64,000 nucleotides of DNA from Octopus vulgaris (GCA_951406725.2 OX597825.1:52390001-52454000); one strand, 5' to 3'. Shown: positions 1 to 14,382, counted from the stretch's first letter. Notes: generated from the letters alone by a model not told the origin. Numbers and translations: made by a program.

Positions 1-734
1 AAATGTAGTAAAATTAAGAGGGACCTTAACATTGGCCATCACAAGCATTTTTCACACATGGGTTATTTCATTATGATGGCACATTGCAATTTTAATTTTC
101 AGGTGATATCTTGTAATCAGGGATTAAGGGTTAAGTAGCAAAAACAATTAAGATTAATAACTTTATAAATATATTAGGATATTAATTCGATTATCTAAGT
201 GTGTAATTGTTAATTATATATTTATTGACAGGTAATGCAACAGGGAATTATTTTTCTCGCTTATTTAATTAGTTTGATGAGAAGTACAGAGCCTGTAATG
301 TCTTCAGCTTCTCCCAAATCTCATTTTGGTTTATACAGGCTTCCATCCATCACTGTAAATATTTTAGCTTGTTTGCAAAATATTTCTATACTATTTGAAT
401 GTTTTACAATTTCTACACTCAGTATTTTAGAAGATAACATTATCATTGAAACAGCTTTTAACTTCATAAAACAATTCAAAAAATTTATCTCATTGTAATA
501 TGCAATACACCATTGCTTCACTACCCACACTACACCATTCTGGTATAATGCTCACTGTACCACTGCGTTACTACCTACACAATACCTTTATAATATAATA
601 CTTACTATTTTACTGTATCACTATCCATAATGGACTATTGTATCACTGCCCCACAAAAATTTTACTTATAATATCCAATGCACTACTTCAAAAACCACAC
701 TAAATTACTATATTATAATGTTCAGCACACAGTA

Positions 735-750
735 CATATATATATATATG

Positions 751-831
<81 letters not shown>
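735..831. repeat. (TA)n microsatellite; many similar (TA)n, (CA)n and (TATG)n tracts occur across the window
   Basis: Near-pure TA run; source of the spurious YIYI ORFs. Confidence 0.97.
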
Positions 832-834
<3 letters not shown>

Positions 835-1600
835 AAGCTACAGCCATACACAGTGGCACCCAATACTGAGTTTCACTTTGCTCTCTTGGTTGAATATAAT
901 TATGTTGCTCTATCTCTTTTTCCGTTCATATATTTTGCTTTTCTCATACTGTTACATGAAAGTCTAGATGTGATGTGATGTTACACTGTACTGAGTTCTA
1001 ATGACTGGTTGTTTGTCCTTCTATGGCAAAACAGAGTTATAAAATATATGTGTAATTGATCCATAAGTATACAAATGGGATTTATAGTCTATATCTGTGC
1101 ATGTGCAGCCACTGTTTGATGTCAACTGCAGTCATTCAGTAATTGGTCTCTCACCCACAGACTTTAAATGACTGTCTTCGATTGGGAATGTTTTCATATG
1201 TCTTCTATTACTGCCACACACACACACACACACACACACGTTACAATACCCACACGTTATCACCCCCCCACATGCACTCACACACATCCCCACACACATC
1301 TACATACACACACACATACACCTTTCTTCACACTCTCCTGTTCTAGAAAGTACTTTCTCATAGTCCATCTACTTCTGGTTATTGCAAAAATGTAATTACA
1401 GGTAGACTGTTGGCGATTTTTCCTCCCTCTTTTTCTTTTGAACTTTCCTATGTCTCCTGTTTCCAAAGAAAACAACCACTCTTTCCTTCTCTGAGTGTCT
1501 TATCAATACTTTGCATGTGCTATGATCTCACGGTGCTGTTTTTGTCTTTCTACATTTTAAAATTAATTATATACATATATACATATATATATATACATAT

Positions 1601-1655
<55 letters not shown>

Positions 1656-1835
1656 TAGTTGAATGAATTATCCTAGTATGGATAATTCGGTTATCCGATA
1701 CCCAGGTAGCAAATTCACGTCAGAAAACACGGTCAAAGCTACATGCCAAGGGCAGAAATCACGTGCTTTCGTGTGGAAATTTGTGTTTTTTTAATATAAA
1801 TAAAGGAAAGAATGGAGTCGAACGACGATTTAACA

Positions 1836-1940
1836 AAATTCCTTTATTCTCGACATATGTTTCGAAGACTGCATATTCTCAATTCCGAAGGAATAAAGGG
1901 TGCATAATGCCGCCTTCTCATCAGGAAAGACAAGGAACTT
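1836..1940 (-). ncRNA. Type I hammerhead ribozyme with enlarged stem II
   Basis: Minus strand: ttcctt-gtc-tttc CTGATGA GAAGGC-(insert)-GTCTTC GAAA CATATG TC| gaga-ata-aaggaa; canonical core, palindromic stem III, GUC site. Confidence 0.78.
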
Positions 1941-2508
1941 ATGTCAGCATCATGACGAACAAAAACTTTTAGATGACTGCCCACACGGAGTCCATAGCGA
2001 TAATGAGTGTTCCTTTAAAAAATTCCGTTATAAGCAGTGACGTCAAAATTGGTTGGATGGAGAAGATTCTAAAAAGTTCAAGAGTTCAAAAATGTTTGGA
2101 AGGGGAAAGTTCTAAGAATAGGAAGGTGACAGAGTGCAATTCGTATGTATGGGGAAACGTTGTTGTTCGCTTTTGCTAATGAGATTGAATGCCTATGTGT
2201 GTGTATGTATATAACTGCATTCGTGTCTATGTGTGTGTATGTGTATGCGTGATTGTGTGTGTGGGGGGATAAATGCCAAATACATCTAGTGGTGAAGTGA
2301 CAGGTTTGAGTCTGTGTGTTTGATTGTGCTTATGATAGAGAGAGGGAGAGAGAGAGAGGGGGGAGAGGTAGAGAGACAAAGGTAAAACATACCCCAACGA
2401 ATTTGGTAGTAGCCCTTGATGTAACGGAGTATAAAAAAATTTGTCTATGGTGGTGTTGTAGAAGTGGAACCAAATTATTAAATTCAAGGTGGTTATCTAT
2501 ATTAATCA

Positions 2509-2988
2509 TCATTCATATGAGTGGAAGGTGTCTTTCTGCCAGTGCATGCCCCTATAGGATTTTTCTACCATTGTTTTTACCAAAGGGAATTTGGCGAAAA
2601 GTATATGGAAAAGCTCGGAATTACAAACGCCACAATGTTTTCTGCCCTTATCAAGAGGAAAGGATACAGACAATATGGACCATTCCAGCTTGAAAGTTAT
2701 ATTGCTGTCCTTAAGATGCCAAACTAATTTACTTAGTCCTGTACTTTGTTGTTTTCTCTTATCTCGGAAAGTTGAATAATGATTGGAAATCCTCTGGGAT
2801 AATTTAGAAGTAGTCGCCCCAATATAGAAGAAGACACTGGTACCGGAAGAAACTTTACACTGGTAAATGGAATTTCTAATTTTGGAATTACTGGACAAGA
2901 ACTTTAATCTGTTAGGGTTTACCTCCGAGACTAAGACGGAGTTTTTATTGTTATGATTGCTGTTAATATTATTGCTAGCACTGATCAC
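2509..2988 (-). pseudogene. GIY-YIG endonuclease domain of a PLE (fragment)
   Basis: NSIYQCKV...FFYIGATT...RISNHYSTF...TGLSKLVWHLKD...LEWSIL...CGVCNSE matches the PLE C-terminal endonuclease pattern. Confidence 0.82.
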
Positions 2989-3066
2989 TATACTATTTCT
3001 ATTATTGTTATTATTATTAATTGGACTATCGCCGGCAATATCCCTGACTATAGAAATGCTGCCTTA

Positions 3067-3122
<56 letters not shown>

Positions 3123-3164
3123 TATATGCATATATATATATATATGTATATCTATCTATCTATC

Positions 3165-3410
3165 CACTCAGTCAAAGTCGGCTCTCAGTTATTTGATGGA
3201 TCAGTGTCCTCCAGCCAGTTCTATCCTGGGCTGCTTCTTTCAGATTGGCTATGTCCATTTCCGTATCACTCTTGATGGTGTCAATCCAGCAGTTTCTTGG
3301 TCGGCCTCTTCCTCTCTTGCCACTGACCATTCCAAGCATGATGTCCTTTTCCAGGGATTTTCTCCACATAATATGACCAACATATTTCAATCTATGCTTG
3401 GTGATCCTAG
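3165..3410 (-). mobile_element. RTE-clade LINE 3' fragment
   Basis: KYVGHIMWRKSLEKDIMLGMVSGKRGRGRPRNCWID...AQDRTGWR is a typical RTE/BovB-type C-terminus. Confidence 0.85.
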
Positions 3411-3426
3411 CTTCTATATGTCTATA

Positions 3427-3471
<45 letters not shown>

Positions 3472-3475
<4 letters not shown>

Positions 3476-4275
3476 GGAATGATGGGTAAATTGTTGCCTT
3501 TTTATAGTTTTAATTCCATGCATGTGCATTGTTTGTTTTTGATTTTGTTGGCTACACAGTATGGTAGGGTCAGATGGGCATTGTCTAAACAGCACTATGA
3601 CAATTCACTCAGCCAGAAATTTGGAAATGACATTTTGTACTGCTTGACATTCATGTCAGAAGCTCAAATACAAACAGATGGTAACCACACAAAACAATCA
3701 TTGGCTTGCTGTGACTCCAAAACATGTTCAGAGAGTGATAAAAATCAAACAACCAGTCAACATCATGGTGTTTGGAGTGATCGCTAGTGATGGTGAGGTT
3801 ATGCCTCCATACATCTTCCCACACGGCTTCAGACTCAGCACAGAGGCCTACATCAAGTGCCTGGAGGAGGTAGTGCTGCTCTGGGTTAAGAGGGTGGCTG
3901 CTGGAAGACCCTGTTTCTGGCAATAGGATTCTGTCCCATGCCACACAAGCAGGAGAACCAAGTCATGTCTATCAGACAATTTCTGTGACCACATTACACC
4001 TAACATCTGGCCACTTAACTCCCCAGACTGCAATCCTGTTGATAATTGTGTGTGGGGCACAGTTGAGCAAGAGACCAGGAAAACTCCTTGTAACACCAAA
4101 GATGAACTGAAGGCAAGGATTATGGCAGTGTTCACCAACTTAAACAAGGAGACCAGCTAGAAGAGTTGTAGGAGATTCTGATGTCATCTGGAGGCCATGG
4201 TTGAAGCCAATGGCGATTTTATTGAATAAATTTGCTCTTTAGTATTTCAAGGTATTTTTATGTAATTTTGGTAAA
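3472..4275 (+). mobile_element. Degenerate Tc1/mariner element of DD37D (maT-type) family
   Basis: MVFGVIASDG...YIKCLEEVVL...WQ*DSVPCH...WPLNSPDCNPVD, with 37 residues between the last two catalytic Asp; starts TACAGGG in a TA run. Confidence 0.8.
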
Positions 4276-6439
4276 TATATATACATTTTTGCATATATAT
4301 TTATATACATATTATATATATAAAATGTATGCAAATGTAATGTATCTACATATATCTATATTCATATTTATTATATATTTATGAAGTTTATTTATATATA
4401 TTCATTTATATATATTTATTTATACTTGTGTGTGTGTGTGAATACATACATATAATAATCATGCAATGCCTAGATAAGCACATATATGAATATATGTATA
4501 TATATACATACACACATACACATATATATACATGTGTGTGTGTTTGTGTGTGCATGTGAGTATACATATATGTATGTGTTCATACATACATATAATATTC
4601 ATGCAATAATATATATATATATATATATATACATAGTTTGCTCTATGTTTTGTGTAATATTCTCCTTTGGTATTATAAACATGTTTGTGTGTAAATATTA
4701 TACATTACACTTCATAAAATATATCATCACACACTCCCTCATACATAAACATCGATAAACAATATATATGCACACACCGAAGTGTGTGTGAACCAATATG
4801 AATTTAATGTAGATTATTTCCATTCCCTCCCAGGTTTTTTTCTATCACTCCAAAACTCATCTTTCTTCTTTGATATCATCCATACTATAAAAAGATATTC
4901 AACTCTCACTCACTCCCTTTCCTTTTCTATTTTATTTAGTTTTCTCCCATTATTTTAAATTCAATATATCCCCACTGCTTTGTTAATAAGTCTTCAGCTA
5001 ATTTTATTCTCATTCATGTTTCTGAAGAAATCATTTCTCTACTCTGAGAATGATTGCATTTTTATTGGCCATTTCATTAGACATTGGAAGTGAATGTGGT
5101 GGGGCTGTAATATTAGAATGTGCGGTAATGAAGGAAAAAAAAAACTTTGCAGCACCAGTTCTCATCTCTTGCTGCAAGGCTCCAACAAAATGTTCTTTCA
5201 ACCATTAAGTATTCAGCTATAATGAAAATCCACTTTCAGGTGGGTCTCACAGACTTGCTGTGTTTATTTCTCTCTTGTTTAATTTTTTCCCCTTCTTTTA
5301 TTGAATCTTATTGTTATGAAACAAGCGGCATCGTTCAATTAAAATCTTAGCAGAAAAATCTAGTCAATGCAAAATGTTTTAGAGCTATAGCTATCTTGTG
5401 CACATATGCAAATATATCTGTGCGTATGTGCCCCCACAATCATATAAATGTATAGATAGATTATACACACATGCACATACATACATACATAAACACATTC
5501 CTCTCATCCCTTCATTATTTTCTGAACTGAAAAACACAATCAATATTTTCTTAACTGAGCTGCAAACCTGTGCAACTTTCTAACAATTTTTTCCTTCAAA
5601 ATGTCAAGCTACAGATCTTTAATTCAAACACTGTGTTGACTTCAGCATTCTATGAGGGTCAGCTATGGCCATAAAAGCTACATTTCTTTCATAGATTAAA
5701 TACATTACCAGAGATTTCATAATGAAGTTGATGACAATGTTGCCCTGTTAAGGGTTTCTCAATGCTCATTTGTGTTTGATTAAATTTACCCCAGCAGTTA
5801 ATGTGCACAAGCAACTTGAATCTCAGTACTCATATATATTTAACATGGTTCAAGTGTGCATAATCCTATCAATGGCATAATATTACTATATAATTACGTC
5901 CCTATACATATAGCTCAGGTCATATTGTCAAGGAGATAGCATATTTTAAATACTGTTCATTCGAAATGTCCAGCTGTAATGTAAACAAAATTAATAAAGA
6001 AGAATCCTTAACCAGTTATACTAGTGCATCACTATCTATAAATTATCTTACTACTCACATTGCAATATCTTTGTCACAGAACCCATGTTCCATATATTGC
6101 TACTTACTGCAATTGCCACACTCATGAGTACACACTCAGAATACTGGCATTATCTCATCATACACTGCACACTTTCTCATCACCCATTACACTCAGTCTT
6201 ATCACCCACTACACATTGTTTCACCAATCACTAAACAGTGTCTCACCATACCCTATACACAGTCTGATTCTGTGTCACCACCCACTACACACTATTTTAT
6301 CACAAACTAGACACTATGTCATCACCTGCTACAAACTGTCTCATCATATACTAAACACTGCCTCATCAGCCACAACTCATTGTCTCTCCATCCACTACAA
6401 ACTGCCTCATTACACACTACCCACTATCTATTATTTTGA

Positions 6440-7160
6440 GATCCCACGATTATGGAAGTGCGGCGGTGCAATCCATGTTGTTCTACTGTGCTTTTGTGTT
6501 CTTCATACCAATTTTGAATAATATCAGCCATGTGAATTGATGTTTTATAATCCTTGAAGATTGGTCTGTCATTAGGGAACAATGTTTGTATGACAGGATA
6601 GACCTGATCAACCAAAATACTCAAACAATCATTGGTGTTAACTTTCCCATGTAGAACAACTAAAAGGCCAAGAGTATTCTGTGATATACTGCCCAAATCA
6701 TAATAAAGCTACCTCCATGCTTCAAGGTTGGAGCCAGACAGTCTGGGCTGAAAGGCGTTTTTAAGCAGTCTCCAGACATAAACTCACCCTTAAGTAGGAA
6801 AAAGGGTGACTGATAATTCATCAAAGATAACTTTATTCCATTGAGCCACTGACCCCTTGAGTTAGTCTAGACACCAATTTTTATTAATCAGTGTTGATGG
6901 GTAACAAGAGAGGTTTAGCAATTACAGCCCATCAATGGTATCCAGATTTATGGAGTTCACAATGAGTGGTTTAGATAGACACAGGGTTGGCAATATGATA
7001 GATTATTTCTGATGTCTCTTTAGCTACCATTGTGTGGTTCCTCACATTGAGCTTTGCCTTCCTTTCAAAAACTTTGCTTGACAGATGTGGTTTTTCCCTA
7101 AGTTTTGGAATGCCAACATGATTTTAGAGACTCTTCTTCACTTAACAGTAAACAGTTCAG
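6440..7160 (-). pseudogene. Tc1-like transposase remnant
   Basis: GSISQNTLGLLVVLHGKVNTNDCLSILVDQVYPVIQTLFPNDRPIFKD...IIQNWYEEH resembles the Tc1 catalytic region; disrupted. Confidence 0.7.
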
Positions 7161-7169
7161 CATCCTACT

Positions 7170-7560
7170 TGTGCTCTTATATGTGAGTGAGGTGTGGGCT
7201 ACTACAATAGGATAGAACATCAACACAAAGAGCCATGGAAAGAACCATGATAGGAATATTACAAGGGTACATTCAAAATGTCATAATTTGAGAACAGATT
7301 ACATGGAATAAACGGTACAATCACAGAGTACCGAAAGCACGAGTTCCACAAGGCCAGACATGTCGCAAAGTTTACAGATAACAGGTGGACCTGTGCAGTT
7401 GCTAAGGGTATCCAAGAAATTGGAAAGGGCCACATGAAAGATCCAACATGATTGGAAAACGATCTAGTTAAACAATCTGGGACAAGAAGGAAAAAAATTT
7501 GATGCACATTGTACTCAAGGGTGTAAAACAGCATCTGATGGTGTGGCCAACATTGTGATA
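7170..7560 (+). mobile_element. RTE-type LINE 3' fragment
   Basis: Plus-strand translation gives ARHVAKFTDNRWTCAV then YPRNWKGP, similar to the RTE WAGHVAR..DNRWT motif. Confidence 0.6.
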
Positions 7561-8581
7561 CTGTGACATATTCATACCCAAGTACATGCACTTATATAAA
7601 GATAAATACATATATATTGTATAGCAAGTGTTATAATCCAAACTGTGTTCTTATGAAGCACATCTGCATAGACGCAGTAATTAAATGTATGCATACAGAT
7701 GATTTATTTTAAATGAGGCATTTATAGTATCTGAAATTAATGGTGAATTCTATTTGCAGAGTAATTATATATCAAACAAAAGACAGGAAAAATTTACTAT
7801 ATTTTTAATATTTCTAATTAATTAAAAATATACAAAATATTTCTAGACGATTATTTTCACAAACACACACACACACATGTGTGTGTGTGTGTGTGTGTAT
7901 ATTTATATAATTTGTGTATAAGTATTATGTATGTATATATATATATATATAAATACTTATATATATATATGTATACACATACATATATATATATATACAT
8001 AATGTGTGTGTGTGTGTGTATACATATATATATATATATATATATATAAACACATACATATATATGTATGTATGTATATAGTATATATACATATATGTAT
8101 GTATATATGCATATATATAAATTTAACAATTAAGGATAACTTCTTAATAAGGAATCTTAACAAGAAATGATTAAATGTCTTGCTTTGAAAAATTGCATTG
8201 GGTATGATTAGTAAAATTTTTGGTAGAAATGACTGATGTCCCTCTTAGCGTGAGGCATTTATGTGTAATAATGCCCTCTATATATAAATTAATATGCATA
8301 TATATACATAAGTATGTATACATACATATATAAATGGCAGAAGAACCCACATATACCCAAGTACAGCATGTGCTTCCTAAAGCTACCACATTTTGATGAC
8401 AGAACTACTGCTGCAAAATAATAAGCAGTCTACAGGGAGGGACTCGAAATACAGGTGACACACATCTGTCCATCCCTCAGGAAAGTTCTGAACACAGACA
8501 ACACCTTTCACAACATCGAGAAGTGCACATTATCAAATTTCCCCTACAAGGAACTGAAAATGTGCCAATACATAAATATAC

Positions 8582-8613
<32 letters not shown>

Positions 8614-8856
8614 GTCATTATACATATATATATGTATATATATATGTGTCATTATACATATATATATGTATATATATGTATGCATATATATATGTATATA
8701 TATATGTATATATATGTATACATACATATATATATATATACACATATATATATATACATCCATCCATACATACATACATACATACATACATACATACATA
8801 CATACATACATGCATACATGCATACATGCATACATGCATGCATACATATATATAAG

Positions 8857-9215
8857 GACCAGCTATCCGTATAGACAGCTCCCTATTTGATAAAACAATT
8901 AAGGGTATGAAGTCAGGAAAAGCCCCCGGCCCATCAGGAATCATTGCTGAGATGCTTAAAACATCTAATGGTGTGGACTATGGCTTAGTAACCCGCATTG
9001 TAAACCAGGTAGTTCATGATAGAGTCACACCCAATGACTGGCATAGCAGCACCATAGTCAACTGCTACAAGGGTAAGGGTGATGCTCTTGATAGAAATAA
9101 CTACAGGGGTATCAAACTACTGGATCAGGTAATGAAGGTCACAGAGAGCGTCATAGCCCATCTCACCAGGGACAGGGTCTGCTTAGATGAGATGCAGTTC
9201 GGTTTTGTGCCACTG
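8857..9215 (+). mobile_element. RTE-clade LINE reverse-transcriptase N-terminal fragment
   Basis: MKSGKAPGPSGIIAEMLK...DWHSSTIVNCYKGKGD...NNYRGIKLL...QFGFVP. Confidence 0.88.
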
Positions 9216-9254
9216 AAGCCATATGAAAATTTTTATTTAAAATATTGCAGCTAA

Positions 9255-10377
9255 GGATGAAATTTGAATATCTCTGCGTTGTATTTCTTCTGTGTTGTGC
9301 CTTACTTTTAATATCATATACTCTTCCAATAGTTTCTGTAGTGTTATATCCTGGTTAATTTCCAGCTTTGTAAGAATTTTCGTTCTAACTTCTGCGTCCT
9401 TTTTTAGCAGTAAGTGCCTGAGTAAATATCAGGCACTTGAACGAGTCTGGAGTTAATTTATCCGGGTTAAATCTCTTGCACTTTCTGTTCACTCTACCTA
9501 CGTATGTGGTAAAGTCCTTGTCATTGTTTTTCTCTGTGTTCAAACACTTCCAACATGTACTGAGTAACGATGTTTTTTCATTGAATATCTTACATAAATG
9601 TCAATTGTGTCCATGAATTTGTCTAACTTTTTTGGACAATATTAAGTTTCAGAATTTTTCATGCTCTATTGTCACCAGAGTCCTCAGAATTAGATGCGTT
9701 TTCATTTCCTCCGTCCAGTCTTGGGCTTCTTTTACAAGTCTTCGCTAATATGTCTCGAAGGTGACTCCTTCGTCTAGGTCATATTTAAATTCCTTAATTG
9801 AATTTCCCAGTTTTGTTAGCAACTTCATTAGTTGTAGCATTTCTTGCTGTAACATTTGTTGTTCTATGAGTTGTTGTTTTTTCAACTTAACTAGACTCTC
9901 TAACAAGTTTTCTATAATTTTATAGAATTTTTGTAAAATATCTGCTACAACAATGTTTGTTACACCTCTGTCATGTTTTTAATTTCTCCACGTGAAAAAT
10001 TTTTCGACATGGTCTGCAGGAATTTATTTTCTCCTGAAAAAAAAATTTTTTTTCAACATTGTCTTCTTGGATTGCTTATATCCTGGTTGCCACTGTTATA
10101 ACATGAGATTGGCACTGTAAACTTCTTGTCACCACTATTCTGTTGTGGCAGTATTCCGTGTGTTATTATCTTTGACTCATCTATCATGCTTTCACTGATA
10201 GCTCTGCAAGACAATAACTTAAAAGTCTACCTTGACGGTAACTTGAACTCGTATATAACATGTAACAGATACTGACTCTAACTGATAACTCGTACAACAA
10301 CTCCATTATAAAACTGACTGTCTGATTTTATACCACTTTGTCACATGGGAAGGGGGGGGACAATGTTTACGACAACA
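9255..10377 (-). mobile_element. Ty3/Gypsy LTR retrotransposon 5' remnant (LTR, PBS, decayed gag)
   Basis: Minus translation near 9340-9460 gives LTPDSFKCLIFTQALTAKK/DAEVRTKILTKLE (Gypsy gag motif, frameshifted); LTR and PBS lie upstream. Confidence 0.75.
10141..10377 (-). repeat. Gypsy 5' LTR (237 bp) followed by PBS-like TGGTGACAAG (10134-10125, minus)
   Basis: Termini TGTTGT...ACAACA form an inverted TG..CA pair; a TGG-starting PBS-like motif lies a few nt inside, toward gag. Confidence 0.68.
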
Positions 10378-10399
10378 CTATGTATGTGTTTGTGAATGC

Positions 10400-10446
<47 letters not shown>

Positions 10447-10499
10447 AATAATGGTATTTATATAAGCTTAAAGCAATCACCGTGAAATGACTAAGGAAT

Positions 10500-12510
10500 A
10501 TAGTATCTAATAATGGGGCATATAAGCCTTTGAGTATTTGCTATTGAGAGGTTTTTCTTGCCATTTACCCGTAAGACTATCTAAGGCAGCAGTTTTAGCA
10601 CTGGTTTTCATATGCTTAGCTTTCTCTGTGTTTGTTTGCAGTATGTCTAATTCTGGGATTTGTTGTATTTGGAATTCACTTAGGTATTCCTTTGCCTGTT
10701 TTGTAAGTGAGTATGATGCTTTCTTCTTTTCATGCTTTATGACAAGTTTTAACATCCAATCATCAGAGTTTTTCAGTTAGGTGTTTAGGACAATTGTGAT
10801 AATCTTCACTCTCTTTTCTTGGCAGATAAAATCGTTTTATATCTGTCTTATGTTGGTGCATTCTATGCATTGTCAACAATTTTCGTATTTTTCTGTCAAG
10901 ATTACATATTTCAGTAATTGACCAGTTAATGATATTAAAACTGTCAAGTATTGATCACTTCGATCCTGTTTCTTGCATTCAGCTCTGTCTTGAGTATAGC
11001 ACTTTACCTGTGATAACATTCTCTTCTGATCATTTCCCTCAACATTGAATGTTTGATTCCATCACATTCAGATACCTCTTGGTATCTATAGTTCTCCACG
11101 GATTCTATCTCCTTTATGACATTCTGCTGGTCAAGATTAACGTCGGATGTTTCTCTCATTTTCCCTTGGAGATCCTACACATTTATCAAAGCCAAATTGC
11201 ATCCTGATGTCATCATTGAATTGCTTAACAATCGCTAGTAAGACTAGTAGTTGGTAATTTTTTGCAAAGAACTTTAAACCATCCATGTAAATAAGATAAT
11301 TTATATTTTTATCAAATATTTTATCGCCATATTGTACACCATCGACCAATTTTGAGAGAGGCATTAAGGCTAGACAAAAGGGGAGTGTTGATAGAGAGTC
11401 ACCCTGGAAAAGGCCACATGAAATACTTACATCTCCAGCATTGAGAGATTCATTGTCACTGTTCAAAATCAGTGAGGTTCTCCATGCTCTCATACTTACA
11501 GACAACAAGTTTCGCAAAGTAGGTGCTATCTTATACATTTCCAGACATTTCTTAATCCAGCTATGTGGCAGGCTATCAAAAGCTTTTTTATAGTCTATCC
11601 AGACTATGAACAAGTATTTGTGATGTTTGTGACAATCTTCCAAGATCATCTTATTAATGAGTAGCTTATCTTTACAACCATAGAACCCATGTTTACATCC
11701 TTTTTGCTCATTAGGGAGTATGCTACTTTCTATTAAAAAATTATAGGTACATTCAGTCAAGACAGCCGTTAGTACTTTATACATTGTTGTTAAGCAGGTT
11801 ATCAGTCTATAATTTTTTGGTTCATTTGTTTCTTCCCTTTTTCGAAGTAGGAATGTTATACCATTAACTAGCCAAGAGAGAATCATACTAGGTTGCTTCA
11901 AAACATTGTTGTAAAGTTTTGTGAGCAGTTCATGGCTCTCTAGGAAGGCATTCAATCAGAAGTTAGGAATTTTATATTTTCCTGGAGATTTCCATTTGCT
12001 TGACTTCCTGAGAGCAAATCCTACATCATCTGCTTTGATAACCTCCCACTTTTGCTCTTCTAAGGAGTCTAGGTCTGTAGATATTCTATCAACCCAAGAG
12101 GCTTTTTTATTGAGTGTGTTTTCTTCTACCCAAATTTTATTCCAATATTCCTGCACTTCTTTTGATGGGACAGACTTTAGCGTATCTGGTATTTTCCCTA
12201 TCTTCTTGTAAAAAATTTTGGATTAATTTTTAACGTGTTGTTGTCCTTGAAGAATCTAACATGCTTTTCATACCTTGCTATGTGAGCAGCTTTTCACATA
12301 CCTTTTGTCTGAAAGTTTCTTTGGTGGTATCAATGTTAAATATGGTTCTCATACTATATTTTTTCTTTAATTTTTTGATTTTTGTTGGTTTGATAGTCTT
12401 GTCAAGCTTAAAGTTGATTAAGCATTCTATGTCAGACCTAAGTAGCTGAATTCGGGGTTGACTATTCTCCTGCCAAGTAGGCTTTTTGTGGGAATGTTGT
12501 TGTTATCTAA
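10500..12510 (-). mobile_element. R4/Dong-type non-LTR retrotransposon, decayed RT
   Basis: ORF 11137-11955: KNYRLITCL, EQKGC, WIDYKKAFDSLPHSWI, FQGDSLS, YMDG(D)LK, FGFDKC; upstream KSPGKYKIPNF; stops and frameshifts. Confidence 0.85.
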
Positions 12511-12555
12511 AATTTTACCACATATTATTATTGATAATGATAATAATACCTTAAA

Positions 12556-12965
<410 letters not shown>

Positions 12966-13173
12966 GGACAAGTAGAATATATACATATATATATGTGTGT
13001 GTGTGTTTGTATATATATATGTGTGTGTGTATGTATAGATACATATATATGTGTCAGTGTGTATATATATGTGTGTATGTATATATATGTGTGTATATAT
13101 ATATACATATATATATAGATGTGTATGTGAATATACATATATATGTTTGTATATATATATATATATACACACA

Positions 13174-13214
<41 letters not shown>

Positions 13215-13704
13215 TTGCACACACACAATGTAGACACTGTACAGCTGAGTGTTTAGAAAACTTGCTTTAGAGCCTTGATGTTCTGGGTTTGCCACAGCAT
13301 GGGCAAATGTCATTTTCCTCTTGACCTGTAATTTGTGAGTGAAACTAGTGCAGCAGAAATGGTCATCCTAAGAATTACGTTAATTGCACACATGTTTGTT
13401 GAATAATCAGTAAGTGTCATGGTAATTCAGAAGAAGATAATTCACTTGAATGGCCAATCTTCATCATCAACGTAAGCTAAATAGTTGTAAAAAGATAGGC
13501 TCCTTCACAGTAATTCACATCCCAAAAACTCACACAATTCTATAATGTTTAAACATCAGTCACATGTAACACACAAAGATATTCTGATCCAAATGCATAC
13601 ACAGGAATGCATATAAACTGCAACAAAGGAATATATCTATACAGATATATAATTTACATATTAAGGATTGTACACAAACTTCATTTTGAATGTGTGTGTG
13701 TGAC

Positions 13705-14100
13705 TATCATTTAATATCCATTTTTTAATGATGGCATGGGTTGGACAGTTTGACAGTGGCTAGTGAGGTGTACCAGGGTCCTTTCTCTGCTTTAACATGG
13801 TTTCTATAACTGGATGGCTTTCCTAATGCCACTTTACAGAGTGCACTGTGTCCTTTTTACATGGCACCAGCAGCAGTAAAAATCACTGGTGCTGGTACCA
13901 TGTAAAAAGCAGCCAGTACAGTCTGTAAAGTGCTTGGCATTAGAAAAGGCATCTCGTTGTACAGCCAAAGAAAGTCTGCAAAAGCAGAGAATCAAGCCTG
14001 CTGCAACTCTCTAGTTTGTCAGCTCCTATCAAACTGTCCAACTCATGCCAACATGGGAAACAAGCATTGGACTATGATGCTGCTGCTGCTGATGATGATG
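13705..14100. repeat. Head-to-head pair of RTE-tail/SINE-type repeats (imperfect inverted repeat)
   Basis: Arms atggcatgggttggacagtttga...tttttacatggcaccagca versus tgctggtaccatgtaaaaa...tcaaactgtccaactcatgcca; same family at ~19150-19370, 47865-48145 and 49370-49650. Confidence 0.75.
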
Positions 14101-14349
14101 ATATGTATATACATACACACACACACACCAGCATGTGCATGCATGCATGCCCCCCACCCCACACATTACAGACTAAAACCTAGTGCAACTCCCCCGCTTA
14201 CTAGTTCTTAGTCAAACGTCCATGCCATCATGGAAAATGGATGTTAAATAATTATGATGATATATATATATATACTTATATATATATATATATATATATA
14301 TGGGATAGCACTGCCTTGACCATTGTATAATAGACATATTTATATAAAC

Positions 14350-14382
<33 letters not shown>

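Larger units (their letters stand above)
1653..3075 (-). mobile_element. 5'-truncated Penelope-like retroelement (GIY-YIG 3' part plus 3' UTR with HHR), bounded by (TA)n on both sides
   Basis: Minus ORF 2509-2988 encodes a GIY-YIG domain; HHR at 1836-1940 on the same strand; TA tracts at ~1570-1652 and ~3076-3110. Confidence 0.8.

Noticed and set aside
8330-8580. Weak resemblance of TLSNFPYKE to the PLE segment HISNYPYQH
   Set aside because: Too short and degenerate to support a call
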